From IMG/VR virus record IMGVR_UViG_3300045988_137371: 47,239 nucleotides of DNA; one strand, written 5' to 3'. Position numbers and translations under genes: made by a program. Every line of letters begins with the position of its first letter. Positions within the stretch are counted from its first letter, which is position 1. Source of the stretch: a virus. Below the pieces are notes generated by a model. That model was not told the DNA's origin. It saw only the letters and a program-made list of their open reading frames with translations, and made no database searches. Positions 18,401 to 26,804 of the stretch are shown here, one piece after another.

Positions 18401-18563
18401 GTGTAGTTGACTCGGACAAGCCTCTGATTATCTGGAAAGGCGTAACCCTATTCAACGGCATGTACAACGGGTATTTAATACCATAGTTGTATGGACGTGC
18501 CCTAAACATATCGTTCTGGCTCTTATAAAAAGCCAACGGATTTAAATTGTTATTCGGTGTCAT
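12447..18563 (-). CDS. Giant tail fibre/spike protein (2038 aa) with a C-terminal S74 intramolecular chaperone domain
   Basis: Evidence is four ~42-aa repeats, A.KL.TAR.IWG.SF(D/N)G fibre repeats, the motif DA(D/M)(L/V)VDGYH, short collagen-like GXY runs, GIGT..P..KL(D/E)(I/V) motifs and the C-terminal stretch SDIRLK...GVSAQDV...VEYATLG. Confidence 0.85.
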   Translation of the reverse strand: MTPNNNLNPLAFYKSQNDMFRARPYNYGIKYPLYMPLNRVTPFQIIRGLSESTTLTSAKIYNDRGVEVATVTSYMSVNVVTIGASKVMQFKCGNYANLTPGQYTMRVVIGNDTYYSEVFTAYANIGKLVKVEYYNADPIIFDEGALTYDNGFKFELYLCTEIAKPEYLFEEESTKRGGFTFVENQISSKQYKMVIAAPEYLCDAIRIIRLHDHVAITKDGNAYEAYNFTPSYQWNDVGDLAQVTITFESNTVLQKISAYKGSQSVFKNALLAAASVPIMFSPNVIAQYGASVDGVAEAYTEFTGKLIRQLEEQTTLPKEAWVAIDTGTGEAKKMSIGLLGGGTGKPSELWTNDKKIKYLYIKEDNSEAYITKQFIGDSNIMAKGDIVAYQSGNWDLVTPTAGYDTLGMARFNSSDFTIDNGLVGLKVGAVGQRYYAGKGLSLASINGGTDNQFNVVFGELENTVMQGNDARFLKLYNGTWWGQAFDKSTGIVKGAMTSVDSINTLVYFNTDKSILVTKNKSAEGIKFSGGNSINGVYGSATNNLYLNYTDATHNVKIDANHNIFANGDIVAYASGNYDISKPLAGYDAVGMSRYDKTQFEVVNGLVRIIDGGGGGTIAGIEITGNGNAFTNASMKSDNTVISFDKGITFWHAGNDGKNSGLDADLVDGYHAGFENNRVALYANFPSWSALISQGLLRSDYENAGHPTEDFLKAICKWAIKNYTNIGNVTLQGKTAPNSSGWLVLSLYSDTGFDATTLLPKYCSGQFNGLSGNLQLFGTENSKWRYSGAFVGNASSSSKLLTARTIWGQSFNGTANVSGNMTGVGNITMSGNIYMGNNRNIYAKNPDGSDMAIFYTNTNSELVIGTGNTQKGTNTYLSGYEIRFRTSTDLDERMLISANGNVGIGTNNPSAKLDIKGNQDLIHLQATNSGSEYNYIKAYNTDYDSSFRFVEISNKILWFQYGKGGSNQLYSVNISGMSAEALKEFRVKAKDSFFEGNVKASGDVVAYQSGTWDIVRPIAGKDALGMIKVGSGLSIDVNGVLSSTGGGGSIAGVTPGTAGDFVYELASSGNNIVYNRKTFASVLDGRYVKKTGDTMSGTLTIASNTANRQLILKSTDSTEKNKAASIKFTAAQDATQNVILRHEYYDTFLAGYGIAISKEGILEGSDPNMFLYNTGRYISKVATGTKPIDVVSTTLCNNLNADMVDGYHRSNLYNTTIDWYHTSTFRSREITVTNDYNTFYPVVLEVEVNTNGVPYTIGIGKSLGSTSNPNWDGNHSNKTSSINYVGIGRIGPWDGNANFFTTLCNLQPYANLLKKVAVSENNKNIIVFWLRGGTATYRIYSSAGIHSINIYYARTNIGSTSAGNEYYVEPMSLSSSGDSGHYSKSSYITATNFRGSLIGNASTATKLATARSIWGKSFDGSGNINGVITSSGTAEDAFNLMSTKVSIYGRIGKALSSYNCLELTYYHVKDDSIDNYLSLGWYGAPHTHRLFGKFNGNWGIGTNSPGEKLEVNGNIKCGHVYPVSNNAYNVGLNGTRFSNGFFINGIYVGNANTDYNSSSHNTYVSRGYIELNHSTPYIDFHYGNSASDYTHRIIAQSGNLQITPSVSIGGSCYPTNSTTCMLGTSSLRWVRLYLTGINGNWISGKTDGAIMIDSTSTSTSTYFPLYRWKTYTGRVFNLGGLQGADSSHQFGFYMFDKDQTENRTNASFYMYSNGNMNGTHSLIMQQDVVAYGSSSYNITSPTAGYDALGLARFDSTYFTVSSGYVTLKASATSPIRSVTATTLNPGSNANASWNSSTGALSLGIPRGNTGATGTQGASVTYQWSGTSLRMGVTPYGGSTAWGSYVNLKGATGSPGPSWNGGEVTNNITVKTTWGALGLSGGTNNFYLSQRGDNIVYFCFGGTNNNKGSFSPSGNMYVSGSYSNGSDIRLKYRLEDISDILGKIKDISAFYYIRKDLNDGVIRIGVSAQDVIKQFPQVVSNNSINGKEYYSVEYATLGVAIAVNGLKEVHQLVQDNKNEIDLLKIEIASLKERLAKLEAA
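12450..12794 (-). other. Peptidase_S74-type intramolecular chaperone autoprocessing domain (last ~115 aa of the fibre)
   Basis: GSDIRLKYRLEDISD...YYIRKD...IGVSAQDVIKQFPQVV...YSVEYATLGVAIAVNGLKE, then a terminal coiled-coil. Confidence 0.8.
13263..13391 (-). repeat. Fibre internal repeat 4 (QDVVAYGSSSYNITSPTAGYDALGLARFDSTYFTVSSGYVTLK)
   Basis: Protein-level repeat. Confidence 0.75.
15441..15563 (-). repeat. Fibre internal repeat 3 (GDVVAYQSGTWDIVRPIAGKDALGMIKVGSGLSIDVNGVLS)
   Basis: Protein-level repeat, followed by a GGGG linker. Confidence 0.75.
16740..16865 (-). repeat. Fibre internal repeat 2 (GDIVAYASGNYDISKPLAGYDAVGMSRYDKTQFEVVNGLVRI)
   Basis: Protein-level repeat, followed by a GGGGG linker. 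Confidence 0.75.
17286..17414 (-). repeat. Fibre internal repeat 1 (GDIVAYQSGNWDLVTPTAGYDTLGMARFNSSDFTIDNGLVGLK)
   Basis: Protein-level repeat. Coordinates were checked against the DNA. Confidence 0.75.
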
Positions 18564-18564
18564 A

Positions 18565-20703
18565 TCAATATTTTAATGTTACGTTATTCATTCTAGTGCT
18601 CAAAGATACGGTACATTTATCGATTTTACCTACTCCTAAATCAGTCTTTATTAAAGCCATAGGATCGATATCATCATAAGTAGGGAATTTAATGGACTGT
18701 TTCATTTTCCGTGTTACAGATTGTGCCACATATTCGGCATTGTTAATGATCAAGGTTCTACCGGGCATATCATATACCCAGTAATCCGGTTGAAGCACTA
18801 TGTAGGCTAGGTAACCGTTTTGGAGATTATAAGTAAACCCGCTTATAGTCCTCTCCACAAAAGGCAATGTGTATTGTCGTAGCGTATTGTTGTAAAAACA
18901 AGACATTACGACAAATCCATCATCCGCTATCTGGTTAGGGTTAGATAAGATAAAGTCAACATCACTTGTAAACTTACCAACGGTTATTTCCTCTATATTA
19001 CCTTTTTGTACGGTATTACTCTTTACCTCTATTGGATACCCTTCAAATGGCTCTGTTACATCATTAGCCCATGAGAACTGAAACCGTTCCGGGGCATTTT
19101 CCTTATCGTACTCAAATGAGTTCTGGCCCATACCCCAAGGTTTATTATTTGAAGGTTGGATCGTAGTAGTTAAATCCAGACCAATTTGTTGTTCGGTATC
19201 ATATGTACCACCATTGTAGTAATATTGGATATGCTCTATTATCAATTTAGAATCTTTGATATGCCATTTTAACTTAAATGTATTATACAGCATACTTAAA
19301 ACCTCTCCTAGCGTTATAGGGGCCTTCATAGCTGGCTGATCGTAACCAGCCTTCTTTACATTACTAGTAGGTGTCATGATTAGATTTATATCTTTATGTG
19401 ATATAGGATCACTCTCACTGTATAGGAACTGAGAATAGGCGGTAGTATTGCTATGCGTTATTCCGGGTGCGATTTCGTTCAATAATACTTGTATAACACT
19501 ATGTATTGGATAAGCATCATTTAATACAAATGAATTTCTACCTATTCTATCTATTTCATATACACTATCATTATACTTAAACCAATAAGAAGAATTAGTC
19601 CAGTTCGATTTACTTAAAGGCAAATACCCGCCTTCATCCTCTGGTGGTAAAAAGTATTTACCGTTCGAATCCATGCCCCATTTATTAGGCGTGTCTGTTT
19701 TTCTTGCCGACACAAATACCACATTACTAAATGAGACCTTTGCCCCATACTTGTAATTAGGATTTATTTCTAAAGCGTCTTCACTCGTGATCCTGTATAG
19801 ATCATATCCTGTCATACTTTGCCGATCGGTTAATATCCTGCTTTGGATGTAGTTGCTTCTCCAAGTCATCGTAATGTTAGTTACTGGTGGTGTAACCATT
19901 TGCATGTTTATGGTATCCTCCCATAGCAATTCTCCGTTTTCGCTTACCCCGGCATAAGTCTCCCCCTCCCAGTATAAAGTTCCGTTGTTTATCCCATATA
20001 TTTTAAAGGTAGTAGTTCCAGACGTATCTACGGTATTCATGGCAATTTCCATACGGTACAATCCTTTATCATCATATGCAGTGCCTTCGTAATTAGTGCC
20101 CGAAGACACATTATTCCTGTATAGCACTCCTGTATATATGGTTCCATTACTCATAGTGAATGTAAGCATAAATGATGAGAAAGCCCACATATTCTGTGTT
20201 AGCCCGGCATCATTTATTACGTCTTGCTCCCAATACGTGCCAGAAGCATAAGAAGTGACCGAAGAATCATTCTCTATGTGTAATTGAACGCATGGCCTTT
20301 TTACTATCATACATTTTTGTATTTTAGGAGCCAACTTGATCAAATCGAACTCCTTATCTAGCCCGGCCAACACATCCGTATAGCCATCATCCGTTTCTAC
20401 TTTTATCGAGACGGTTCTATTGTCGTAATTCCAAGCACAATCCGTCTTGCTGAACTTACTTACATAGTAGTCGGAAAATGCGCCTTCATCCTTCGATCTG
20501 GTTATCTTCAATGTCATTTCGGCTTCAATAGATTTCTCTGCTAGGAACACGAAATCTTCACGTTGAAAAACCAAAGTTCCCGACAATTTTCGCCGGGCAA
20601 ATTCTTGACCTGATTCTGGGGATATATCCATAGATAGATCATTTGAGTAGATAGCCGGGTTCATTTCCCGGCCATCAACATAGAACTTATATCTTATATT
20701 CAT
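18565..20703 (-). CDS. Tail tip / baseplate-type structural protein (Dit/Tal position)
   Basis: 712-aa ORF between the tape measure and the fibre. The call is positional only. Confidence 0.5.
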   Translation of the reverse strand: MNIRYKFYVDGREMNPAIYSNDLSMDISPESGQEFARRKLSGTLVFQREDFVFLAEKSIEAEMTLKITRSKDEGAFSDYYVSKFSKTDCAWNYDNRTVSIKVETDDGYTDVLAGLDKEFDLIKLAPKIQKCMIVKRPCVQLHIENDSSVTSYASGTYWEQDVINDAGLTQNMWAFSSFMLTFTMSNGTIYTGVLYRNNVSSGTNYEGTAYDDKGLYRMEIAMNTVDTSGTTTFKIYGINNGTLYWEGETYAGVSENGELLWEDTINMQMVTPPVTNITMTWRSNYIQSRILTDRQSMTGYDLYRITSEDALEINPNYKYGAKVSFSNVVFVSARKTDTPNKWGMDSNGKYFLPPEDEGGYLPLSKSNWTNSSYWFKYNDSVYEIDRIGRNSFVLNDAYPIHSVIQVLLNEIAPGITHSNTTAYSQFLYSESDPISHKDINLIMTPTSNVKKAGYDQPAMKAPITLGEVLSMLYNTFKLKWHIKDSKLIIEHIQYYYNGGTYDTEQQIGLDLTTTIQPSNNKPWGMGQNSFEYDKENAPERFQFSWANDVTEPFEGYPIEVKSNTVQKGNIEEITVGKFTSDVDFILSNPNQIADDGFVVMSCFYNNTLRQYTLPFVERTISGFTYNLQNGYLAYIVLQPDYWVYDMPGRTLIINNAEYVAQSVTRKMKQSIKFPTYDDIDPMALIKTDLGVGKIDKCTVSLSTRMNNVTLKY

Positions 20704-23700
20704 TTGTGTATGATTTTAACGTTACCTCTTATTTCGATCAATTCTCCGTTCTTGCCTTGGTAGAACCTACGATCTCCTTGCTCCTTGATATCGGACAATA
20801 TCGATTCTACTCTACCCATATCGGCAGACACGCCCGTATAACTTACGCTTAAACCTTCGGTTGAGTAGGCCCCTAGGAACGCTCTTTCAAACGATCCGTT
20901 ATTGAGCGTATTTACGATTTTTGGTAGGATATCACGGTATTTCCGTGTATTCTTCTTATTGATAATCGCTAAAGCCTCGCCGCCTTCTGCCCTACGTTCC
21001 CTTCCGTCCGGCATATGGCCAATAGGGATATCATTACCGCTCTTATGAGAACCGCCGCTAAGAATCTCCAAACCTCCTTCTCCATACGTTTGTGATTGCG
21101 CTTGGGTTCTTGTTAATTGTGATGCTTTTATCTTTGAGGCCGCAAATGTAGCCCACATCAAACTTATAGCCGGGATCGCTAACCAAGGGAGTTTTAAAGC
21201 CGCCCATATTCCAGCGGATGCCGTTATAAGATCGCTAGTTTGCTTTAACGTGTTTATAGCTTCTTGCGCCTTTTGCGCCTTTCTTTGCTCTGCGATCGCT
21301 TTAGCTTGGTTCTTCTTTGCCAAAGCTAGTTCTTTTTGGGCCGATTCTACGTTATTAGCGTATCCATTGTTCCGGGCTTCTATCTCCGCATCTAGCCTAC
21401 TCTTTGCCGCATCTACTTCCTTTTGTGCGTTATTAACCATTTCCTGCGCTATCTGCGATTGTGCGGATAATATCTCATTCAGTTTCCCGATCGAGAATCC
21501 TACACTTTCGTTAATAGCGTTTTTACTTTCATCATCCAGCTTTATCCCCAATAGACTATATATATCCTTAGTCTTATTCTTGCTGGTTTGCTGATTGATT
21601 TCCCTTGTCAACGTAGCCAGCATATTTTGGATCGTTTTGCGTTCTATGGCCGTTAACGCTTTGCCATTGATGGAATTTAGCTGTAGTATCTTTTGCCAGC
21701 GTTCCTTTTCGGCTTTCATACGATACAATGTCTTCTCATCCTCTGATCGCTTTATTAGGTTGAACTCGCTTTCTTGCAATTCGGCCATTGCGTCAAATTG
21801 AGATAACGACATTTGGACGTTGAACGATCTTGATTGATCCATACGCTGTTTATCGTATTTAGCGTTAATCTCCGCTTCGCTTTGCCTCATGCTTTCTTGC
21901 AACTGGCTATTCTTAACGATTTCCTGCTTTCGCTGGTTCTCCAAAAGTGCCATTTTAACATCAAATTCGGCTTGTGTGTTTTTAGTCGTTGCCTCTAATC
22001 TAAGCTGCAAAGCGGCCTTTTCATTATTAAGCATCGCCAATTGTTCTTCCTTGCCTAATTCCTCGATCTGTTTCATCCCGGCCTTAACGTTATTGGCGAT
22101 AATGATGTTTATGAGCCTACGAGATTCTTCCGTCAAATCCTTATCCGTTTCAAGCTTGTTTTTGAGACTTTCGTTTTCGGCCTTAGTCTGATTCAATATA
22201 GCTTGCGATCTTTTGCGGAATGAGTCTGTTTGTAGCTTATTCTCACTCTCGTAATATTTCTTCAATATATCGAGATTCTTTTCGTTGATCCGCTGCGTGC
22301 GATCTTTAGGTTCTTTACCCTTCTTTTTGTCCTTAGTCGGATCAGAGGACAAAGCCCCGATATCTACTCGTTTGGCTAATTCCTCCATCGTTTTCCCAAG
22401 CTTATCGGATTCCTTTTGTAAATCTTCGGCTTTTTGCTTTGAGTTAGCCCATGCCAGAGCAAGTTTACCGTTCTGGGCGATCGCCACTTGAACCATCTGC
22501 GAGTTTGATCCATATTTACGTGTTACAGCCTCAATACTTTCTGCGGCCTCCCTTGCGCCTTGTGATAGTAATTTGCGTTGCTCTAAATTATTATCTTGTA
22601 TTTTGGTCTCAACTTCTAATTGCTGCTTGGATAGCTCGATCAATTTTTCTTCGGCGGCTCTAGCCTTTGCGCTATTTAATATAGCTTTCGCCAACTCGTT
22701 ATATTTCGAGGCGGCTTTTCCGGCCAATATTTCCTCATCCGTGAAGTTCTCGAAATACTTCGGATATTCCTTCTTTAATGCTTTAACTGCCGCTATTCGG
22801 TCATTGTAAGATTTAGTCATATCTTGACTACCATTATATAGCAGTTTAATATGTACCAAGTCCTTTTGGGCCTCTTTCGATCCTGTCCTTAAAGCCTCAT
22901 TATATTTAGCCAAAGCATCTTTTGCCGCCGTAGTTGCGGAAGTGCTTTTAACCATATTGCTAATGAACTTTACGATATCACCTCCAAAAAAAGTTAGCAA
23001 CGTGACTCCAATACTCATGAGCGCATTCCATGAGACGAATGTTTTCAATACCGATCCAAACACTGATTTAGTCTTTAGCCCTTGTGCAGCTAAAGCCTTA
23101 TTTTGCACGATCAACGCTTGAATCTGATCACTCAATATCGGAAGGTTATTAGATATGGCCAGAAAAAAGGTATTAGCTGATACCGCCGCTGCTGGGGCCT
23201 CTCGAAGAACTTGTGCCATAGCCATATTTAGTCCCCTAGTAGATTTTTCGTAATCTCCAACCGACAAAGTATGTTTCCCAGTAGATTCTTGGAGCATCTT
23301 CATCTTTTGGTAGATGTTATACGTTGTTTGCTCTAAAAGTTGACCTTCTTTAGTATTCTTGCGATATTCTTCCGTCATTGCGTTTAACTTGATTTTATTC
23401 AAGCTGTATTGAGCGGATAGATGATCATAAGAACCTTCCAATGAGTTATTGAGTCGGGCCGTCAATTTATTGATCGTGTTTTGGTCATGTTGTTGCTTTT
23501 TCAATTCAGTTATCCGCTTAGCTGTTTCCCCCATAGCGGCTGTAACCTTTTTTTGCTCTGCGGCTAAACGATCGGCCTCCGTTGCCGCTTTCCTTACGAT
23601 TTCCCGTCCTTCCTCTGTTACCGTATTGGTTTGCTTTAGTTGTATCTCCAATTCGGTAGCCCCTTTCTTCGTCTTCTTTTGTAGCGAAGAAAGCTGTTTG

Positions 23701-23786
23701 TTTAATTCCGTCAATTGTTCAACCGCCGTGATAATACTATCATCCGGTTCAATTAAATCACGGTATCTAATCGGATTATCTGACAT
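20700..23786 (-). CDS. Tail tape measure protein
   Basis: 1028 aa with extensive coiled-coil, internal hydrophobic segments (FFLAISNNLPIL, LMSIGVTLLTFFGG, LPWLAIPAISLMWATFAA) and a position upstream of the tail-tip genes. Confidence 0.8.
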   Translation of the reverse strand: MSDNPIRYRDLIEPDDSIITAVEQLTELNKQLSSLQKKTKKGATELEIQLKQTNTVTEEGREIVRKAATEADRLAAEQKKVTAAMGETAKRITELKKQQHDQNTINKLTARLNNSLEGSYDHLSAQYSLNKIKLNAMTEEYRKNTKEGQLLEQTTYNIYQKMKMLQESTGKHTLSVGDYEKSTRGLNMAMAQVLREAPAAAVSANTFFLAISNNLPILSDQIQALIVQNKALAAQGLKTKSVFGSVLKTFVSWNALMSIGVTLLTFFGGDIVKFISNMVKSTSATTAAKDALAKYNEALRTGSKEAQKDLVHIKLLYNGSQDMTKSYNDRIAAVKALKKEYPKYFENFTDEEILAGKAASKYNELAKAILNSAKARAAEEKLIELSKQQLEVETKIQDNNLEQRKLLSQGAREAAESIEAVTRKYGSNSQMVQVAIAQNGKLALAWANSKQKAEDLQKESDKLGKTMEELAKRVDIGALSSDPTKDKKKGKEPKDRTQRINEKNLDILKKYYESENKLQTDSFRKRSQAILNQTKAENESLKNKLETDKDLTEESRRLINIIIANNVKAGMKQIEELGKEEQLAMLNNEKAALQLRLEATTKNTQAEFDVKMALLENQRKQEIVKNSQLQESMRQSEAEINAKYDKQRMDQSRSFNVQMSLSQFDAMAELQESEFNLIKRSEDEKTLYRMKAEKERWQKILQLNSINGKALTAIERKTIQNMLATLTREINQQTSKNKTKDIYSLLGIKLDDESKNAINESVGFSIGKLNEILSAQSQIAQEMVNNAQKEVDAAKSRLDAEIEARNNGYANNVESAQKELALAKKNQAKAIAEQRKAQKAQEAINTLKQTSDLITASAGIWAALKLPWLAIPAISLMWATFAASKIKASQLTRTQAQSQTYGEGGLEILSGGSHKSGNDIPIGHMPDGRERRAEGGEALAIINKKNTRKYRDILPKIVNTLNNGSFERAFLGAYSTEGLSVSYTGVSADMGRVESILSDIKEQGDRRFYQGKNGELIEIRGNVKIIHK

Positions 23787-23789
23787 ATC

Positions 23790-24182
23790 TTATTTCTTTA
23801 AAATTAAATCATAACCTCTCGCTTGTATGCTCGATATTTCTTCTCCTGTCAAATTCAAGAACACATCCCGGTTTACGTATATTGTCATTCTATCAAATCC
23901 GGCTTTCTCCCTATCATAAGATAGACACAACATCGTTTTGATAAAGGATTCATGAGAATATCGATACACGTTAGACAAATCCAGTTCTTTCCAAAAAGGA
24001 TTACCACCTATGCCCCTTATATATAATTTCGTTTCCTCATCGCAAGCCTCTATAGGCTCATCCAACGAAAGAATAGCTTTTGGCCATTCCATTAAGGGGA
24101 CATTTTTCAATTTAAGCCCTAGTTTTTCTAGGGCCTCTCTAATATCTTTCAGAGATTCTATAAGATTTTCGAATGTTGCCAT
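23790..24182 (-). CDS. Possible tail assembly chaperone (positional)
   Basis: 130-aa ORF immediately upstream of the tape measure. No slippery-site extension was seen. Confidence 0.35.
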   Translation of the reverse strand: MATFENLIESLKDIREALEKLGLKLKNVPLMEWPKAILSLDEPIEACDEETKLYIRGIGGNPFWKELDLSNVYRYSHESFIKTMLCLSYDREKAGFDRMTIYVNRDVFLNLTGEEISSIQARGYDLILKK

Positions 24183-25693
24183 TAGAACGTTCCTGCCATT
24201 AATTTGTTTACAGCTGTTTCCAATGCCGTTAAACGATCATTTAATAATTTGCCCTGCCTAGCCGATAAAGGATCGGTCATTGACTCATTATCTAAAGCGT
24301 CAACGGTAACACATAGATTACTACTGTTTGAATCAGTGGTATTATCTGGTTTGATAGTCAAATCTACCAAGCCCATCCCACCTTGCATATATGAGAACAC
24401 GATATTATCTCCGGCTTTGTATTTCGATGCTACAAGAAAATACATAACACCTTCTGTCGTAATCAATATGTATTCACTATCATATGCCGCCAAAGCCTTT
24501 TGATATAAATCGCTTTCTGATACATTGAGTATGAAAGATGATACACCTCCCGTGCCTAAAGAATCTTGTATCTCTGTTACTGTAGGCGAACCGGTTCTAG
24601 GGAATGTATACTTAAACATCTTTAGGCTCTTAGTATCATTACCAACTAAGACAGTGGATGTAGACAATTCTATATTATCCGCTGAATAAAAAGCATTGAC
24701 TACCGTTTGATAATCACCCCCATTTAGGATAACGATATTTTTGTACACGAATTTAGATACGGTATTAAATGATGATGGCATACTCCAATCAATCATCAAT
24801 GTTTCTTCCCCCTTTCCGGGTGTTGTTCTTTCTGTCGTTGCTTGCCCTTTTTTGAAAATATAATCAACGACATCTGTCTGGTTAAGCCTTGTAGATAGCG
24901 TTAATGTGTTTCTTGATTTATCTACAATGCTGCCACATACCGCAAAATAGCCATTCCTGCTTTTAATGATGATCGAAACGCCTTTTTCTACAAGCCCTAG
25001 AACCAGATCGTAGTCATAATCCAACGCATGATCCAGATAATTCAAAAGAAAGGTTCCAGTAGATTCCGGCTCTTTTAATTCCTCTTTGGTAGGGGCACTC
25101 CCCTTGGTGACACGGATGATCATTTGAGAAATGCCATCATTTGAAACCAACGGGGAAAACAGCATTTCGATCGATCCTTCATTGATGTTTAAATGAGGGC
25201 ATACGCTATATTTCCCGGCCTCATCGATATCTACTATGATCTTGCCATTGGTATAAGTGTCAACGATAAAATCATATGCGGTCTGACCTAGCCCCATGAC
25301 ATTTGTAAATATCAATTCTTTCTCCGCTTTAGCGGAACCGTCCCCTATCGTTATGTCACTAGATAAGTCAATCACGAAAGGATATCCCGTTTTTCGTGTC
25401 ATACCGTTATAAGGAACCAACTCAAACGCCGGGGACGAATCGATCGTAGTCATTCCCAACTCGCCTTCATTCTCTACTAGTATACACACATATATCCCTG
25501 TATGTACTTGATCCTTTCCGTAAAAATTGAAAGAGATAACACTATCTTTAACGGAATAGTCGCTTATCTCCATTTTATCGAAACCGGTTCGCAAGAATAA
25601 TTTAAGCTTCTTACTCTCTAAATCCTCTGGCTTACCTATTCTAGTTATATCCCAGTTTACGATGATGTCATTACCTATTCTTATTTTATCCAT
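24182..25693 (-). CDS. Virion structural protein, possibly the major tail protein or a fibre-like protein
   Basis: It occupies the major-tail-protein slot, but its C-terminus (LSARQGKLLNDRLTALE) is fibre-like. Confidence 0.35.
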   Translation of the reverse strand: MDKIRIGNDIIVNWDITRIGKPEDLESKKLKLFLRTGFDKMEISDYSVKDSVISFNFYGKDQVHTGIYVCILVENEGELGMTTIDSSPAFELVPYNGMTRKTGYPFVIDLSSDITIGDGSAKAEKELIFTNVMGLGQTAYDFIVDTYTNGKIIVDIDEAGKYSVCPHLNINEGSIEMLFSPLVSNDGISQMIIRVTKGSAPTKEELKEPESTGTFLLNYLDHALDYDYDLVLGLVEKGVSIIIKSRNGYFAVCGSIVDKSRNTLTLSTRLNQTDVVDYIFKKGQATTERTTPGKGEETLMIDWSMPSSFNTVSKFVYKNIVILNGGDYQTVVNAFYSADNIELSTSTVLVGNDTKSLKMFKYTFPRTGSPTVTEIQDSLGTGGVSSFILNVSESDLYQKALAAYDSEYILITTEGVMYFLVASKYKAGDNIVFSYMQGGMGLVDLTIKPDNTTDSNSSNLCVTVDALDNESMTDPLSARQGKLLNDRLTALETAVNKLMAGTF

Positions 25694-25758
25694 GTTATTT
25701 TAATTAAATTTCGTGTTTGAGACAATTTTATTTCGGCCTATACATATTGCCACATAAA

Positions 25759-26574
25759 TTATAAACCTTTCTCTGCGGCCTTATTTCTGGCCTTAGCCAC
25801 TTCTTTTAGATAATCAAAGGAGTTGTAGAAGGTCTGAACAGATATTTCCGATACTTTGATATTTAGTTCTTTCGAAAGCAATAGACACATCTTATCGAAA
25901 TCCTTATCATACCGAACCTCTACGCTTTTAGGGCCATAAAAGCATTTAGGGGGATTGAATAGAGCTATATCTAAATCCAATTTCGTTATCTGCTTTTCCC
26001 GGCTCTTACCGTCCTTAATTTCTTCTAACTGCAAAAGTGTACGCTTCCGAAGAAGATCGTACACCTCATAAATTCCGCTATCCTCAAATTTCCTTGGAAA
26101 GAATGTATTTAGTTCTTTCTCTATTTTTTTTTTGATCGACTGCAATAGCCGATCAAACCATGATTTAGGGACATTGTTTAATTTATCCATCGTTCGCCTC
26201 AACCCTTCATCTGAAAGATCGTTACATATGACATGATCGATCGAATGAACTAAGCACATAAAAGCTAAATGAGCCGGGTTAATAGTCTCTGCGACCAGAT
26301 AAAGATTTTGCCGAAGGTTATTAAGTTCTTGTACCGCCAAATCGGGATCATGGCCTATAAACTTGATAGCCCGGTCAATATGGACGTTAATATCGTTAAG
26401 ATCGGAACCTATACCCGAATCTATAAGCATATATTTATTGTACTTGTGGAACCGAATAATTGGAAGTTCATCTATACTATCGTATAGAATGACTATGTGA
26501 TTATTTATTACCTCTCTTTTCATAAGAATTTGCGTGATATTGGTGTACTGAACAAAGGTATTAAAAATGTCCAA
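25759..26574 (-). CDS. Hypothetical protein
   Basis: 271-aa ORF. Confidence 0.6.
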   Translation of the reverse strand: MDIFNTFVQYTNITQILMKREVINNHIVILYDSIDELPIIRFHKYNKYMLIDSGIGSDLNDINVHIDRAIKFIGHDPDLAVQELNNLRQNLYLVAETINPAHLAFMCLVHSIDHVICNDLSDEGLRRTMDKLNNVPKSWFDRLLQSIKKKIEKELNTFFPRKFEDSGIYEVYDLLRKRTLLQLEEIKDGKSREKQITKLDLDIALFNPPKCFYGPKSVEVRYDKDFDKMCLLLSKELNIKVSEISVQTFYNSFDYLKEVAKARNKAAEKGL

Positions 26575-26804
26575 TAATCTTGCGTAACGATAACTACCAA
26601 CATCGAAACGAAAAGATTAATCCAGAATGAGAGACAGAAATCACAATTGAACAAATCACTAAATAGCCGTATAGGGCTATACATTACTATGTATCCACGG
26701 AATCCTATTTTATCCAAGAATAAAAAAATAAAACAGGATATCATGGCGATCATAAAAACTAGACCTACAATATTCAACATATCAATATCATTTACAAGGT
26801 TCAT
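26520..26804 (-). CDS. Small integral membrane protein (a CDFCLSFW motif, reminiscent of DUF1360)
   Basis: Three hydrophobic helices. It overlaps both neighbours, so the start is uncertain. Confidence 0.45.
   Translation of the reverse strand: MNLVNDIDMLNIVGLVFMIAMISCFIFLFLDKIGFRGYIVMYSPIRLFSDLFNCDFCLSFWINLFVSMLVVIVTQDYWTFLIPLFSTPISRKFL

Noticed and set aside
12447-18563. A diversity-generating retroelement targeting the fibre genes.
   Set aside because: No reverse transcriptase ORF exists, and I saw no template/variable repeat pair with adenine-specific differences.
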